DNA of 64,000 nucleotides, taken from Bugula neritina (Eukaryota > Animalia > Bryozoa). The notes under the pieces are model-generated. The model had not been told where the DNA came from. It did no database searches and saw nothing but the letters and a program-made list of their open reading frames with translations. Shown in pieces: positions 63,543-64,000 of this stretch (the stretch's first letter is position 1; the number at the start of each line of letters is the position of its first letter). The DNA lies in the NCBI GenBank assembly GCA_964035545.1, contig OZ037771.1, forward strand, positions 5,365,190 through 5,429,189, given 5' to 3'. The translations under genes and the position numbers were made by a program.

Positions 63543-64000
63543 CTGAAACTAAGAAAAACTGAGTCATAGTTTTGTTTGATGATTTGTTTATACATGCATG
63601 GTATACTACACTATTAAATTTCTATATAAAATACTATGAATTAATTAAAGGCACTCGCATAAAACTTGATTATTATTTTAGTCGCGATTTAAATGTTTAT
63701 GCTTTCGGAAGAACACAGTTGTACATTAACAAGTACCACTGAGACTAAATTGTTTACAATGTTTTTTCCTATTATTCATGTTGAACTAGTCATGCTTTTC
63801 TGACTAAATTTCTACGTAACTATACTTTCTAATGTGTGATAAAACAATGCAAGTAATGCACAGCTCATTAACACTTTAGTGCAAATTACTACGTATAATC
63901 ATGGCAATATGAAGACTTCAATCCCGCTTAGCATTAAAAGCTACATTTATTTTCTATTGCCAAAGTTAAAATTTGTTGTGCATGTGAAGAGTTTCTTATA

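Overview
AT-rich, intron-containing animal (invertebrate-like) genomic DNA; the taxon cannot be fixed from sequence alone. All exon models and motif calls are by eye. There are three parts. (1) 1-24 kb, minus-strand genes: a secreted multi-exon mosaic lectin-like gene (F-type-lectin-like and LamG/pentraxin-like segments, 36-11173), a 107-aa single-pass membrane ORF with LPxY/PPxY motifs (17011-17334), and an 8-exon RBM41 orthologue (19037-23733). A perfect splice donor 6 nt after the RBM41 stop appears to join RBM41 to the membrane ORF, suggesting a bicistronic or chimeric transcript. (2) ~24.7-54 kb, a dense mosaic of decayed transposons: a LINE, hAT, MULE, a multi-exon KDZ/Zisupton-like transposase and several Gypsy families, including one LTR element with LTR pair, TSD and PBS. 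Every element I could orient between ~29.8 and 52.6 kb lies on the minus strand, resembling a flamenco-type uni-strand piRNA cluster divergent from the RBM41 promoter. (3) 54-64 kb: pseudogene-like VWA/TSP1 fragments, a solo LTR and a minus-strand pentraxin + PAN/Apple gene with a frameshift, whose 5' end is outside the window. Intronic minisatellites, a 410-bp foldback element and tRNA-derived SINEs are also present. No CRISPR, rRNA or intact tRNA genes were found.
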